DNA of 63,917 bases, the filler included, from Perkinsus chesapeaki ATCC PRA-425 (Eukaryota; Protista; Perkinsozoa): NCBI GenBank assembly GCA_013115145.1. It is 5 parts of 5 records of this genome, joined end to end, with 100 filler letters (N's around TTAATTAATTAA, not from the genome) between each part and the next. Parts side by side here need not be neighbours in the genome. Positions count along the whole stretch, not along the records: positions 6,390 to 32,641 come from JAAPAO010000512.1; positions 32,742 to 40,255 come from JAAPAO010001024.1; positions 40,356 to 62,359 come from JAAPAO010000587.1; 2 more parts are not named here. The stretch is one strand, 5' to 3'. The notes beneath the pieces are model-generated. The model ran no database searches and was not told the origin of the DNA. It saw only the letters and a list, made by a program, of their open reading frames with translations. A program made the translations under genes and the position numbers. Below, in pieces: positions 30,034 through 42,099 of this stretch. Numbering within the stretch: the stretch's first letter is position 1; every line of letters starts with the position of its first letter.

Positions 30034-30979
30034 AATATTGAGGTATAAGCCTACGATGATGGACAATCCTAGTAAGAGAAAATCCTGGGAATCCCAGGCT
30101 GGGATCGGAGTAGTACTTAGACGCGGAATAAATTAATTGACGACGGTCGGTGCTAGCTACCGAAGCGTTAAGAGTTTCGTTCCTGAAATGCTCCGCAAAT
30201 CAAACAGAGCGATAGATGTACGCAAAGCTTAATTTATAGCAATTACCATAATAGCTATAGCCAGCATAACATCGTGCGGCTCCACCTGAAGGGCTCAGGC
30301 CTTGAGATCCTATTTTCAAACTTACGACAACCAGGAGTACTTTTCCTGTTGTAGTTTCAGTGAAACTTTAACAGCCAAACTGTCTTACAGAAAGATTTCC
30401 CGTCTATCAAATGGTTTCCATGTTTTTCCGTACGCGTACCCCGCGTCTAAGCTGGCAGAGTTTGGCTCAAGAGTCATGAGTTTATCAGCATATCTTGCCC
30501 GTAGCGGGCTTTCATACGGATGACCGAGAGTCGTTATGACCACCCGTGCCCTGATTAAGTCTAGGCCACGTTTTTCTATTCGCTGCCTATCACATGGTAG
30601 TCACTTGGCATATACGTGTTTTGCGACGCTGCCTTCTCACCAACCTAAAAGTGGTTGGTCTATCACTTACATTGTGACAAAGACTTTATGATGAAGTATC
30701 CGTTTTAGTTATGCATAGACTGGTTAAATCCAAGCATCTCCTGCGTATCTAAGTTTATCCGGCAACTCGGAAGGCACCAACTGGTTTCCCGAGCAGGTTC
30801 GTCAAGCCAAGCGTTTGGCGCCGGTTGTTGGTATTAGCTCTGCGGCGGCTGCTGCTGACGTGGTGTACACCTAGGAGAGAATGAGCATCTAATCAAGACT
30901 GTCGAACGTCTACTAGTAATAGCCTATTACTAAGTCGAGCTTCACACTACGAATAATAGTATAAGGATAGTCATTTATT

Positions 30980-31250
30980 ACAGCTATCAATTATGCACTT
31001 ATTTAGCCGGGTGAGGGTGGTATCAAAGGCGGAGCTCCATTAATTGTTGAACGCCGACAGGCTACTAAAGCCATTGCCATCTAATTTTGCACAGCAAAAA
31101 AGTATCCCCAGCTTTCTTTATTTTGGACCCGGATTCCCGGTTATACCGCTGATGCACTCATTATAGATGTGTTCATATTCCCCGCAGCAACCTGAACTGA
31201 AGCTCACATATTTGACTGCCGGGATGCAGAGGGAAGCCTATCGATTGTAT
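30980..31250. repeat. Degenerate dispersed repeat, copy 2
   Basis: Collinear similarity to 28730-28960; abuts the truncated LRR duplicate. Confidence 0.55.
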
Positions 31251-31255
31251 ATGAG

Positions 31256-32641
31256 CCTGAATAAGAAGGATTACTAAATCTAAATGGCTGGGCCTGGCGG
31301 CTCCCACCGTAGTTGAACTGCAGGCTGGCTCTCGACATGCCAAGTATCGTCAGCTCTCTCACATGGCATAGAGCGTCTGCGAATTCTATCAGACCTGAGC
31401 GGGCTTGTCAGGCGCATGTCTTTCGGACTAAGCTGCGCACTATCTTCCAAGACATTGGAGCCGATGAAGAGTTCCTCAAGTAGCAAGCACCTCCGTAAAG
31501 ACTTGAACAACGCTTTACATCCGGTTGGTGTGAGAAAGTTATCCTCGAGGTTCAGTATGTGAAGATTCTTCAAATTATTCTGAGAGGAAGACTGCCCCGG
31601 TATACGAGTGCTGTGGGGGTTCGAACCCACGCGAACCATGTCCAGTGGATCTTAAGTCCACCCCCTTAACCACTCGGGCAAACACTCACGTTAATAACTA
31701 GTATTGTTTCATGTAGCATGTACTACACTCTTACATTGCCAATAGCTTTAGCTAGTGAGGCTACTCCAACTTCTGAAAGACCAGCCTTCCAGAGGTTCAG
31801 TTCAATTATCGGGCATGTGCCGAGTCTTGACAAAGAACACAACGCGATTATCGGCGTGTCCCCGATGTCCTGGCATGAGATACAGACATCATTGAACATC
31901 AACATCTGCCCTCACATTCCCACTCCATCGCAATCGAATACATTCTGATTGCCTATGGTGGAGGTTGGTCGACTCTTGTACTGCCGATTGTATCCACTGA
32001 GGGTTCGTACCTGTAACAGGCAACTTTTTACATAACATGGATCAGTTAAGGGTTGCCTTCTCGAGGTGGCACTTTATTCAAACTGATTGAATCATCACTG
32101 GCGTTCAGATTGGGTATATAGCCTTCCTCATCTGGACTGTCGGGGTATGTCTCATCAGTCCACGTTTCCAATCCATCCCATCGCAATCGAGACACTAATA
32201 GAATGCGACAAAGATACGCTCTTCAACGAGGTGTTCAACTTACCGTTGTCATAATGGGGCAGCATTTTCACGCTATTAGGGATATTGTACAGCATATCAA
32301 CCACATAATGCTGGAAGTTGTCAGACCGAACTAAATAGTCTAACAGTCTTCCTAGTTCCCCTCCCCTTAAACGCTTTGCTCTTATACGAATGGTGCATTG
32401 GCAAGCCTGTGCTGACCTAAAACATGAGATCATCAATAAAAGCGGAATGTCCATATTCCTCTCACTTTCGCCGATCATTTCCCATGTCTTCTAAACCTTC
32501 TATCCAAACCTTCGCCGACATCACTTCCTCCTCCGGTAACTTAGCGAGCACTAAACGTCTAAGCCCTCCCACCTGAATAGAATGCTTCGCAGTGTCTTCA
32601 GCCTTCAGCCACGGACTACCACATTCAGGCCTAATGTGCTG
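31256..32641 (-). pseudogene. Near-identical duplicate of LRR-gene segment 24158-25543; lacks the last exons, 5' part runs into the gap
   Basis: Constant offset 7098 at both ends, scattered substitutions only; identity stops at the AG|G of a splice acceptor. Confidence 0.75.
31605..31687 (-). tRNA. tRNA-Leu-TAA: Second copy of intronic tRNA-Leu(UAA), with G73 and a G.U in the variable arm
   Basis: Same cloverleaf as 24507-24589; differences: variable arm GTTC vs GTCC, discriminator G vs A. Confidence 0.75.
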
Positions 32642-32741
32642 NNNNNNNNNNNNNNNNNNNNNNNNNNNNNNNNNNNNNNNNNNNNTTAATTAATTAANNN
32701 NNNNNNNNNNNNNNNNNNNNNNNNNNNNNNNNNNNNNNNNN
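32642..32741. other. Assembly gap with TTAATTAATTAA linker
   Basis: N-run with all-frame-stop linker. Confidence 0.97.
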
Positions 32742-32815
32742 GTGGTTTAGTATCGGCCACTTCAATATACCCTGGGAGGTGGTAGTGGTGGTTTAGTATC
32801 GGCCACTTCAATATC
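32742..32815. repeat. Fragment related to the foldback subrepeat family at a contig start
   Basis: ACTTCAATATACCCTGGGAGGTGGT also occurs in the left foldback arm (~4408-4432); GTGGTTTAGTATCGGCCACTTCAATAT occurs twice in tandem. Confidence 0.65.
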
Positions 32816-34089
32816 ACAACTACAGAGCCCACGCTAGCTCAGTGAGTATCAACGCCGCTAGGGTTCCCAAGGCGGAACCAACTCGTGATAATGAAAGGAG
32901 CCCGAGAGGGATTCAGATAGTACAAACATGCCATGGTTACCATGGTGAGAGAATCCTAACATCCTCACTGATGAGGGGCAAACGCCATTGAATCAGAACC
33001 TGGAAATCATAGGCTCCGTTGATACCTAATAGGTCAAAACATAGGTAATACCTATGTTATTCACCGCTTGCTCCATTGTCCGTGGGCATAAACTTCATAA
33101 CATAAGGCATCGATTGCGACCCTATCACAGTGAAAGTAGGCTGAGCAGGTTTCCTGCCGCAGGAGAAGGCCTCTATCGACCCGCCTTCCGTCCTTTGCTC
33201 CTCATCATAAGTTCCTAGACTCTACGTATAACGAACACGTGCAATAAGTAATGAGCAACAAAAACGATGAGACACTCGTCGTTTTTGTCTTATACCGTGC
33301 TTTTCATCTCAAATGTCATCATGGGAGTCATTCTCCTAGTTGAAGATAACCTTCCGCGGCACTGCCGCGGCGGCAGTGTCGCAGCGACACTGTCGCTGGA
33401 TATAGCGATACGAGGACGAAGGCGCAACCCTGCATCAAATAATTCTATCACTTCTATCAGCTCGATCGATCTGGCTCCACCGTGGAGCCTCCACGAAGAC
33501 ATGTCTCGCCATAGCTATACTTTCCGAAGTTATGCGGAGAGCCTTCTTCTATTCGCGGAGTATTCTAATGCTCGAAAGGCTGCGTTTTTCGGTTGAGAGT
33601 TCTGCTTCGACAGCAGCTCCATGGCCTGAGCAACGCTTGCTCCACCGGAACAAACGGAATGCGTGTCAACTTCTACAACCTCTTTTATTGATCTGACGTC
33701 ACGCCACCAAACGTTATGATTAAGGACTAGCACATGAAGGGAAGGAATTCTTTATAGTTCACACCGAGTGTCCAAGACGGGGGATTACTGCTCTTCTTTT
33801 CTCCATCGAAGACATGCGACACTTCGCGAGTGGAGCTATGCGCCATGTTTCCAACTACCAAGCTAAGAATATTTTCCCCTACATCGACTGAGAATGCTGA
33901 CGTGGTCCTAATTGCAGAGTAGTCGCAGAGCTGGTACATTGGCGATCCCACCAACCATCACCATGCACTCTTGCGTTCTATTCATTGCGGCTTTCAACCT
34001 CTATCGCCGTGCGCTCCAATGTATCCGCAAAATATTTGCAGGAGTGGTCATTCAGTGATTATAGAATCTTGGTATCATCCAGCATCACC

Positions 34090-34679
34090 ATGTTCTCCAT
34101 CGTCCAAAAAGTCTTGTTCATCATTGCTTCCAGCTCTCAAGTATCTGGACGTATGAATGGAGGACTACCCGAACTACCCGTCGTTGAACTCATGGAATAT
34201 TCAAATAAAGACATGCGGGTCATTTCACACGTAACGTATGCTCGTTTGTTCGTTAGGAACGTCTATTTTGAGCGAGCTTCGAGTAGTGAAGGTAGGCTGA
34301 GGTCAGCTTCGGCCCTCAATACCGATCTTGTAGGTGGTACATACCAAAGACCAAATGGGCGTTGCGAGTACGTCGATCGTGCTATAGTCGGATGTTCATG
34401 CAATCCGGGGGCCTCCCTCGTCCTTGTGATGCCACTTGACTCGGGGATTTTGTTCTCTGTATGCGGAGAGAAATGCTCCAACACGAGCACTTGCCCCAGC
34501 CCTCCACAAGGCACTCCAGGATGTATCATGCAGATCTGCGCACTACAGTGTTCCTCCGATGAGGTAAGTAACTCCACCAAGTGGTTCACAACTTGTGTAC
34601 GTACTTGCTTTAGGATTGTTTTGATGATGGGATATGTGTCAAAGCTCTCCCAGAAAATCTCTGCATGTACCCTGCCTAG
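34090..34679 (+). CDS. Cysteine-rich small secreted protein, probably 3 exons
   Basis: MFSIVQKVLFIIASSSQ signal-like exon; core GRCEY...GCSCNPG...CGEKCSNTSTCPSPPQGTPGCIMQICALQCSSDE; last exon DCFDDGICVKALPENLCMYPA*. Confidence 0.7.
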
Positions 34680-35499
34680 TAGTACGTCGTTATCTGTGAC
34701 TCGTCATAAAAAAGCTTCTTGACTTCCTTTCAAGCTTCATTATTATTTGGGTTACGTGCTTCCTATTATCATTATGAGTCTTCCGTCATTGTAGCAAGTT
34801 TGTAGTTCTACTAACCATAGTAGTATTGCCTCATTACTCTTGTGAGGCTGCACATAGTTCACACTAGGTTCCCATTACGGCAACCCCAACCTAGTCGAAA
34901 TAGCCTTCAAGCCTGATCGGTTAGTAAGTTACCGATAGCATTATGGTATTATCAGTAATTGTTATAGAGGCACAACGAGCAGTACCCAGAGCCGATAAGG
35001 CTCGGCGTGCGCTCGTCAGTGCATATACAGATTAGTCAATCGATTGTTGTATGTTAAATGCTCTTGCGCAGGAGCTTCTTTACAATCAGGATTCCTGATT
35101 CAGGATAGTCCCATCGTGGTGTTCGTCAATCTCAAAGGTTGAATCTACGGCGTACATACCACATTCAAGGTTTGGCTCAGAAAGTCGGTACAGTACGAGC
35201 CTATCGTTACTTGCAGTAAACTCACGTCCGTTACCATTACACAGAGATAGCCTCGAGCCTTGCCACGCATTGCGTCGCGAGTAGAAGAAGCCAGACGGTA
35301 AACTTCTGGGCAAATCGTGCCCTCTGACGAGGTTAATCTCTAGACTTCGATAGCCACAACACGGCATGTGCGACACTGGATAGCTTGGACTCCAAGCCTT
35401 AGAGGGCGTCCTGCGCCGGAGACTTTAGCCTAGCTTTAGCTATAACACAGAATCATCTTTGTCGGGGCGCGCGCCAACATTATGCGCTCCACGACAACA

Positions 35500-35860
35500 G
35501 CCTGGGAGGAGGCCCAGGCAGCCACGGAACCAGCAGTCGAGCTGGCTGGGAGCTCGAGAAGAAATCAGGCAGAAAAATTTTTTCTCGAGGTCGCTCTTTT
35601 AAAGAGCGACCGAGCTACAGGCCGTGGGGGGGGGCGCTCAAGGTCCGAGGTGCGAAACGAAGCGCACAGAAAGTAAGGAACCCTCGCAGCCTGCGAGTCG
35701 CAGGGGGCCAAGAAAAGCTGTCGCGAGGCGACCTTGGAGTAAGGGCCCGCCCGAATACTCCCCGATTTTGACACACTGCATGTATCGTACTATAAACTAC
35801 TTTAGGCCCTTTTCAGGGGTCTAGACAGCGTAGATACCATTCTGCTGAGGACCTCAGCAG
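35500..35860. other. GC-rich hairpin/palindrome cluster
   Basis: Stems at 35500-35519, 35589-35611, 35650-35667, 35683-35697, 35708-35737, 35736-35761, 35842-35860. Confidence 0.6.
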
Positions 35861-38594
35861 GAACCTGGTTAGGTACTAAGGTTACTACTGCAGGTTAGGA
35901 ACCTGCGAAAACCTATCTCGCTAGGGTACTATACAGATTGCCTTTTATTGTCTTAACGTAGTTGTTGATCACACCCACGTGGCGTAACATATCGAGAGAA
36001 GCCGTCTGGCACAGTCAATTATTAATTGACTGCTTCTTTAATGGACAATTATGGCAAAAACAGTGATGAGTAAGAACTTCGCGTGGTCTTACTTGACGCG
36101 GTGTATTGGGTTACCGAATATGGGTTCATACTCGACATTCACCGGAATAGCGGTCAATAGCTTCATGAAGTTGTATTAAAGTAGAACAAACGGAAGAAAG
36201 CGGATCGGTTAATCACTGACTGCAATTCATTCGTCTACCTAGCAAATTAATCGCAGTCTTTGAACCTAAACAGCATTAATAAGACCGTTCTTTGGTGATT
36301 CAGTTGTCATCGACAGAGCTTCAGGCCATTCCCACTACCGTGACCGCCCAAAAGCGCCTGTCGGTGTCTGAACCTCCAATATAGTTGCAGCAGATGTTGG
36401 GAGGATCTGTTCGGCAAACCTTTGCCGTGTGCGGTTGAAGGTGTCGAGTTGCCTTAACCGAATAACCACACTCTGGCTTAGTGACATTTCATTTCCCACT
36501 TCAACCAGCACATACTGAAATTCCTTATGCACTCTGTTGTTAGTCTGCTCTGGGAGGATGTGGGTGTGGGGCTGACAAGGTAGACCGGCAGCCAGTGGGT
36601 TGAGGTCTGCCTTGGCCTAACCTCAAATGACCAGCACCTGCTAATCCTGAAGTGCTGGCCACCTGAGGTTTCCTCCCGAGCGGACACGAAGAAAAAAAAT
36701 GGGGCAGCCATGGGGAAAAGAGGGGTGGTCGATAGGGGTAAAATAACTAAACGGCACCAGCGGAATGACTTCCAATGTTTCATACAGCTGGGTGCTGCAG
36801 CTATGCATAGCGAAGATGATCGCGCGCGCCCAAACATGACACAAAGGGGACAGGTCCTCCCACCCGCGCAAACAACAGTACTAGTCTTCGACTAGCTCTT
36901 AGTTATCCAGAAGGCCCTACTCATCGTGGCCTTAGAGTCACTCTAATAGAGTGTGCCGGAGTTGAGCTTATCGTCAGGGAATTCTCAGTGGAAGATATGT
37001 AAGATATAATAGTTATGTAGTATAAGATATAATAGTTAGTGGCAAATAACAATTCATGCTAGATATTTCCCGCTAGAACAAGCTTCGAATGATAGAGGTA
37101 CGTTCAATCATGCTCATTATTATTTCCCTCGGATTTCTGATAGATGACTGTAGGTGGTCCCCATCAGAGACCAAATGGGCAATGTAAAATAGCAAGCGGA
37201 AGAATAGAAGGATGCTCATGCAACAAGGATAAGGTGTTAATATTCGTTATAGTAAGGTCAGTCTAGCTGGACACCATATAGTGGTTATACCACTGCTACA
37301 GACTGTAGCCTACACTGTAGGCCCTACAGTGATAGTTGTCTCTACTTCTGGGCTTAGAACCCCTTCCATGGCCTCTATACTGTATGTGGCGATCGATGCA
37401 GCTCTTCAAAGTCATGCCCTGATCCACCAAAACGGCCCCACCTGCATGGGACTGCGAAGTGTGTCATCGGTACCTGCGCCCTTACATATTCACATGATAG
37501 GGTAATCCAATTAAGTCTGGAATTATTTTCCTACGTAAATTTCCTGTAGAACTGTATGTACGGTGGGAAGTGCATGTATACAACTGACGGAATGATTTGC
37601 ATGTTCAAGTGAAGTGCATCTTGCAGTCTGCAAGCGTGTCTGAGGTTAAAGCGGTAGCTTTCATCATATGGGCGATGCTTTATGGGAGTCAGACGCTTGG
37701 ACGTTTATACTCATCCGGTTCATTTATCTCCTTTATTAGTGAGCCATTGTAGAGGATACTTAGTATCTGTTATCCGCTCCCATATCAACGCTTAAGCTTG
37801 CACTGCGTTGCGCTCCACGTCAATCTGTGCTACCCATTCTGTGCGAAGTTCGCGCTCCGAATGCATGCGAAGAGCCCCTCCTATCCGAACACTCTCCCCG
37901 TGGAGCCCTCTGTGTACTGCTCTTACTGTCGCTCATCATATCAACTGTAATCACTGTAGACCGAAGGATGATACCTCATATCCTCTGCTCGATTGTGATG
38001 CAAGAACTGCTCTGTTTTTGAATTAGTTGTCCCGGTGACATTGTCCTGGTGTAATTGTCACTCATTCGACCTGGCATTTCACAGTTTATATTTAAGGAGG
38101 CAACGGGAGAGCCAGTTGGCTCCCATGCATGAGCATACACTGATTCATTGGCTAGGCGGCCTAGCCTAGGCCTGTCCCATTCCCAGGAAAATACGTAAGA
38201 CACGCTAGTTGTGATATACAGGGTGATGCGAACAAAAGGGCCCATACCTCATTTCTCGGTGCGTGAGAGTTACAAGTGAAGTAAGGTACCAACTTGAAGC
38301 TCTCTCTGCGAGCTCTTTCTGGTGCTGGGTCAGCCACTACGATATTCGAGTTGAGCTCTGAGTAATGGCTTAACAAAAAATCCTTAACATAGAGAAATAC
38401 TATCTCTTAGAGCGATAGTATTGCTAATATGGTCTCGGCTTTATTTAACTGCGCTGGGGTTTCACTAACTTGATCTGGAAATGGTGTAGTAGTTCCAGTA
38501 TTAGTTCCTAACCGAGCAAGTGCTGGTTACTAATAGTTACTCAACTCAATAAGTATTGTAACGAAAGATCCTACGAGTGTCATCAGACGACAAC

Positions 38595-38740
38595 ATTCAC
38601 AGAGCATACAGAAACTGTGATCCACTGAGACTACAAACTGCCATCTACGAAGACTACAAAAACTGTGATTCACAGAGACTACAAGGGCTGTGAATCATAG
38701 CGAGTACAGAAACGGTGATGGGCAATGGCTACAAAATTGT
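38595..38740. repeat. Degenerate minisatellite, ~6 units of ~23-25 bp
   Basis: Consensus approx. ACAGAGACTACAAAAACTGTGATTC. Confidence 0.55.
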
Positions 38741-38856
38741 AGTGTTTCCTTCACTGTGATTTACTCTGGGCAAGATAAACAACAAAGCCCAACGAAAAAA
38801 GTGAGGTTGAGAGAGTTGACAAGTAGGAGGAGCACCAAGTGAGTTTACCTAGGGGG

Positions 38857-39276
38857 TTACGCAATATCAAAGGGCCAGATCGTGGAAGGATAGTGGCACC
38901 GTTTGAACCATCTATCGCCAGCAGTCCCTCCAACTGTAAGACCGTCGGCATCTTCATGAAAGATGAACTTAGTCCACCATTTAGGATCCCAGTAAGGGGA
39001 GCCGACGTTACCGAGTACAACACCCACTGATAGGTAATGAGTTTGGTTGTTGTATTTGTAAGCAGTCAACCAATATCCACGCTCCTCATAGAAACTATCA
39101 ATAATTTTGATATCGATAGTTTCGTATTCATCGTCGAAGAACATAAACTCGTAATAGTGTTGAAATCTAACGTTACTACAATATGTGCGACCAGAGAAAG
39201 GATGACGGGCACGAGATGCCGCAGAGCCCAGTGCCGCGGTATTTAGAAGGATCACGAGGATCGTTGAGATGGTCAT
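38857..39276 (-). CDS. Small secreted protein, 139 aa, intronless, aromatic-rich
   Basis: Signal peptide MTISTILVILLNTAALG; mature start HPFSGRTYC; second Cys near the C terminus. Confidence 0.75.
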   Translation of the reverse strand: MTISTILVILLNTAALGSAASRARHPFSGRTYCSNVRFQHYYEFMFFDDEYETIDIKIIDSFYEERGYWLTAYKYNNQTHYLSVGVVLGNVGSPYWDPKWWTKFIFHEDADGLTVGGTAGDRWFKRCHYPSTIWPFDIA

Positions 39277-40255
39277 CAATGCTAACTGGAGCTGCTCGAG
39301 AATCCACTGCGAGCTAATTTCGGTGAAAGAAAGCGCTACAGTTGGAAGCGGATGTAGCGGACCAACATCAACGAATGAGCCCAGTTAAAAGATGGTTTAG
39401 ATGATGGTTTTGGTGACGCAGTAGCTGATTCGCGTGCTGATAATAATGCAACTTTGGAAGGGATTGTAAAGTTACCCGAAGTCTCCTAGGGTAGCACAGT
39501 GGTGCTAGAGAGCCACGCGTGGTGGAAGAATCCCTCTTGGCGGACATCAAGGAGGTTCTTAATGCTGGGGAATTTCCCCGGGAGAAATAAGTAGGTAGGT
39601 CGTGAATGCGTACGACTTATCGGTGTACGAAGTTGAAGTGTATGTCTCTTTATGTGTACGAACATACGGGATATGACTTCCTCAGCGGAACTCCCACTAG
39701 GCAATCGTTTGCTTCAAGTTCAGACTGCTTGTACAGTTTCATTGATTAATAATACTCTAGGTCGGAATGAAACGGCTGGCACGCATACACATTGTTGCAC
39801 ACGCGTACCCTTATCGCCTTGCAGTCATAATAACTTGCTATGTTACTAACAAACCTCTCCAGACAGGGGTCCTTACGGCACTGTCAGTAGCAGTCGTTAT
39901 ACACCCTCACTGACGATGTTAATCTTCCTCAAAAATTCATAGCAGTCAGGCTACATTTCGTGGTTGCACTGAATCGGCTTTATCATCCAGATTCAACAGC
40001 TTTATCGACGCACCCTTTCTCTAGTTTCCACCAGCTTAGAGAGCACTCGATACTAATGGCTTAGTAAACACCAAGCAGTGCTCAGTTACTCTTGCATTTG
40101 ACAGACATACAACCACGACGTCTCACCTGAGTTGTTGCCAACAAGCTGTTGGACTGAGAACCAAGCCAAAAATTTCTGTTGCCGTGGGAACCTCACCACG
40201 GGCGTGCGCTAATTAATTTGTATGATCATGAAACAGTAAGATTCCTATATGTAAC

Positions 40256-40355
40256 NNNNNNNNNNNNNNNNNNNNNNNNNNNNNNNNNNNNNNNNNNNNT
40301 TAATTAATTAANNNNNNNNNNNNNNNNNNNNNNNNNNNNNNNNNNNNNNNNNNNN
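40256..40355. other. Assembly gap with TTAATTAATTAA linker
   Basis: N-run with linker; adjacent 40356-40460 is G-rich, likely low-quality read end. Confidence 0.97.
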
Positions 40356-40744
40356 CAGGGCTATAGGGGGGTATCCAATATGTGGGGGGGTGGTCGTAGT
40401 GGAGGGGTACCTTTGGAATTTGGGGGGGGAAACCACCCCTGTGGGGGGGTCTAAAAACGTCTTTGCTTGCTTGTGTCGTTGTGTTCTAGCTATTATGCGT
40501 CACCGCACTGCGTAGGTTTTGCCGACGCCTTTATTGTGCACCCTGACACTTGTACGCACGCGTTCATATTTTTTCCAGGGAGGAGGGACGTCTATTTACT
40601 GTATTCGAACTTCCCATTGGTAAGTATACCAGTTATATGGAATTGCTCCCGACTTGTTATGAGACTGTCTCAACTCCTATCGTTTTCATAGGTATGTAGC
40701 TTACTATGCATTCTAGTTTTTTGGGGCCATTCTAATAGTTGAAA

Positions 40745-41912
40745 ATGCCCTCCATCTGGATCGGTGTTTCAACAGCTGTGGTGGTAGCAGCATTGATGTT
40801 CTCAACATCACGTTATAATCCTATACCGTATCCTGACAGACTTGCTGTTATAAAAGAAGAGGATACTCGTATTGATAATCATTTGTATGATGATGTCAGT
40901 TGGTGGGATGAAAATGAGGTGGTTCACGTACTGAAGAAGACCAATATTATTCGGTGCCCGTATTTTCACCGTCAATTTGCTAATGCTGGTTTAAGCCCAA
41001 GTAATGGTAGATATTTAGATGTTGGTTGTGGTGGTGGATTATTAACTGAAGATATGGCATCACTTTATGGATATAATATTACTGGTATAGATATTAGTGA
41101 GGCATCTTTACAGCAAGCACGTCAACATGGTCAACATTTACCTAATCTACATTATCAAGTTGGATCGGCTTATGAAATACCATTCGAGGATAGTTCATTC
41201 GATGGTGTTATCATCTCTGAAGTATTGGATCATCTGATGGACCTTAGAAAGGCTATTAGTGAGATTCATCGTGTGCTCAAGCCTGGTGGTGTTGTGGTTT
41301 TTGACACCATATCTAGGAACTTTAAAAGCTATTTGTTCATGTGGCTAATTGCCCAAGAGCTTCTCCAGGTAAGAACAGAGAATATCTCTGAGCTCGTAGT
41401 CGGACGCAATCGCACTTCAGGTTATGTATAACGATACTCACGACTGGAGGCTGTTCATCACTCCTCATGAAATGGAGCAGTTGCTCCGCGACACCGGCTT
41501 CACAGTTGGTAAGCGGAAACGTATTTGGTGGCATTGTTCGCTTCTCAATATCTACCACGTCCATCTTGTTTATAAGTAGACGCTTTGTTAGTCTCTGCCT
41601 CAGCGGGTTTGTCACAACTTTGTGGGCCATTTTTGTCGTGTTGATTCCGTTATGTCAGGCAACCCGAAAGAAGAGTGGATTGGCATGGACTTCGAGGATA
41701 TTCCATATCGAGTACCGTGGGAGCATCCTTTTCCTGGCCATTCGTTTCCCTTTCGATTATTCTGCTAGCTGCGTATTTGCCCTCATTCTTTTCAGTTAAC
41801 CCGCTATGTTTTGGGGGGCATGAAAGACAAGCAAGTAGTTTTCGAAGGGAACCCAGTCGAATTGCCGGGCGATTTGAGTATGATTTATGGTGGAGTCGCT
41901 CGGAAGCTCTAA
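40745..41912 (+). CDS. UbiG/COQ3-like SAM O-methyltransferase, type A copy 1, N-terminal hydrophobic anchor, multi-exon
   Basis: YLDVGCGGGLLTEDMA, ITGIDIS, FDGVIISEVLDHL, HRVLKPGG, FDTISR, THDWRLFITP. Confidence 0.85.
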
Positions 41913-42099
41913 ACGCTTGAATGGTTACTGCTTTACTCGCCTGCTGTCCTGGTTCTCGGGTCTGTTCCTTTGTAGTGTCACACATATAATCTAATCGTTT
42001 TTTCAAACAATATTTGCGTTGTGTACACGAAAGTTTTTGGGTGACCTTTGACATGTAAACCAAGGTGTGGCTCATGGAGCTTTGGGTATTACTTTACTG

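Noticed and set aside
30461-30471. TTTGGCTCAAG resembling the 3' end of the Perkinsus/dinoflagellate spliced leader
   Set aside because: Only 11 nt match, upstream bases differ from the leader and no convincing CDS follows.
32960-33010. CTGATGAG as a hammerhead ribozyme core
   Set aside because: No properly placed GAAA after stem II and no stems I/III.
33267-33960. Fragmented ORFs on both strands, and a vaguely integrase-like stretch near 35100-35200
   Set aside because: Many stops and no defensible family assignment.
36335-36895. Possible UBX/PUB-like gene fragments
   Set aside because: Resemblance too weak and frames broken.
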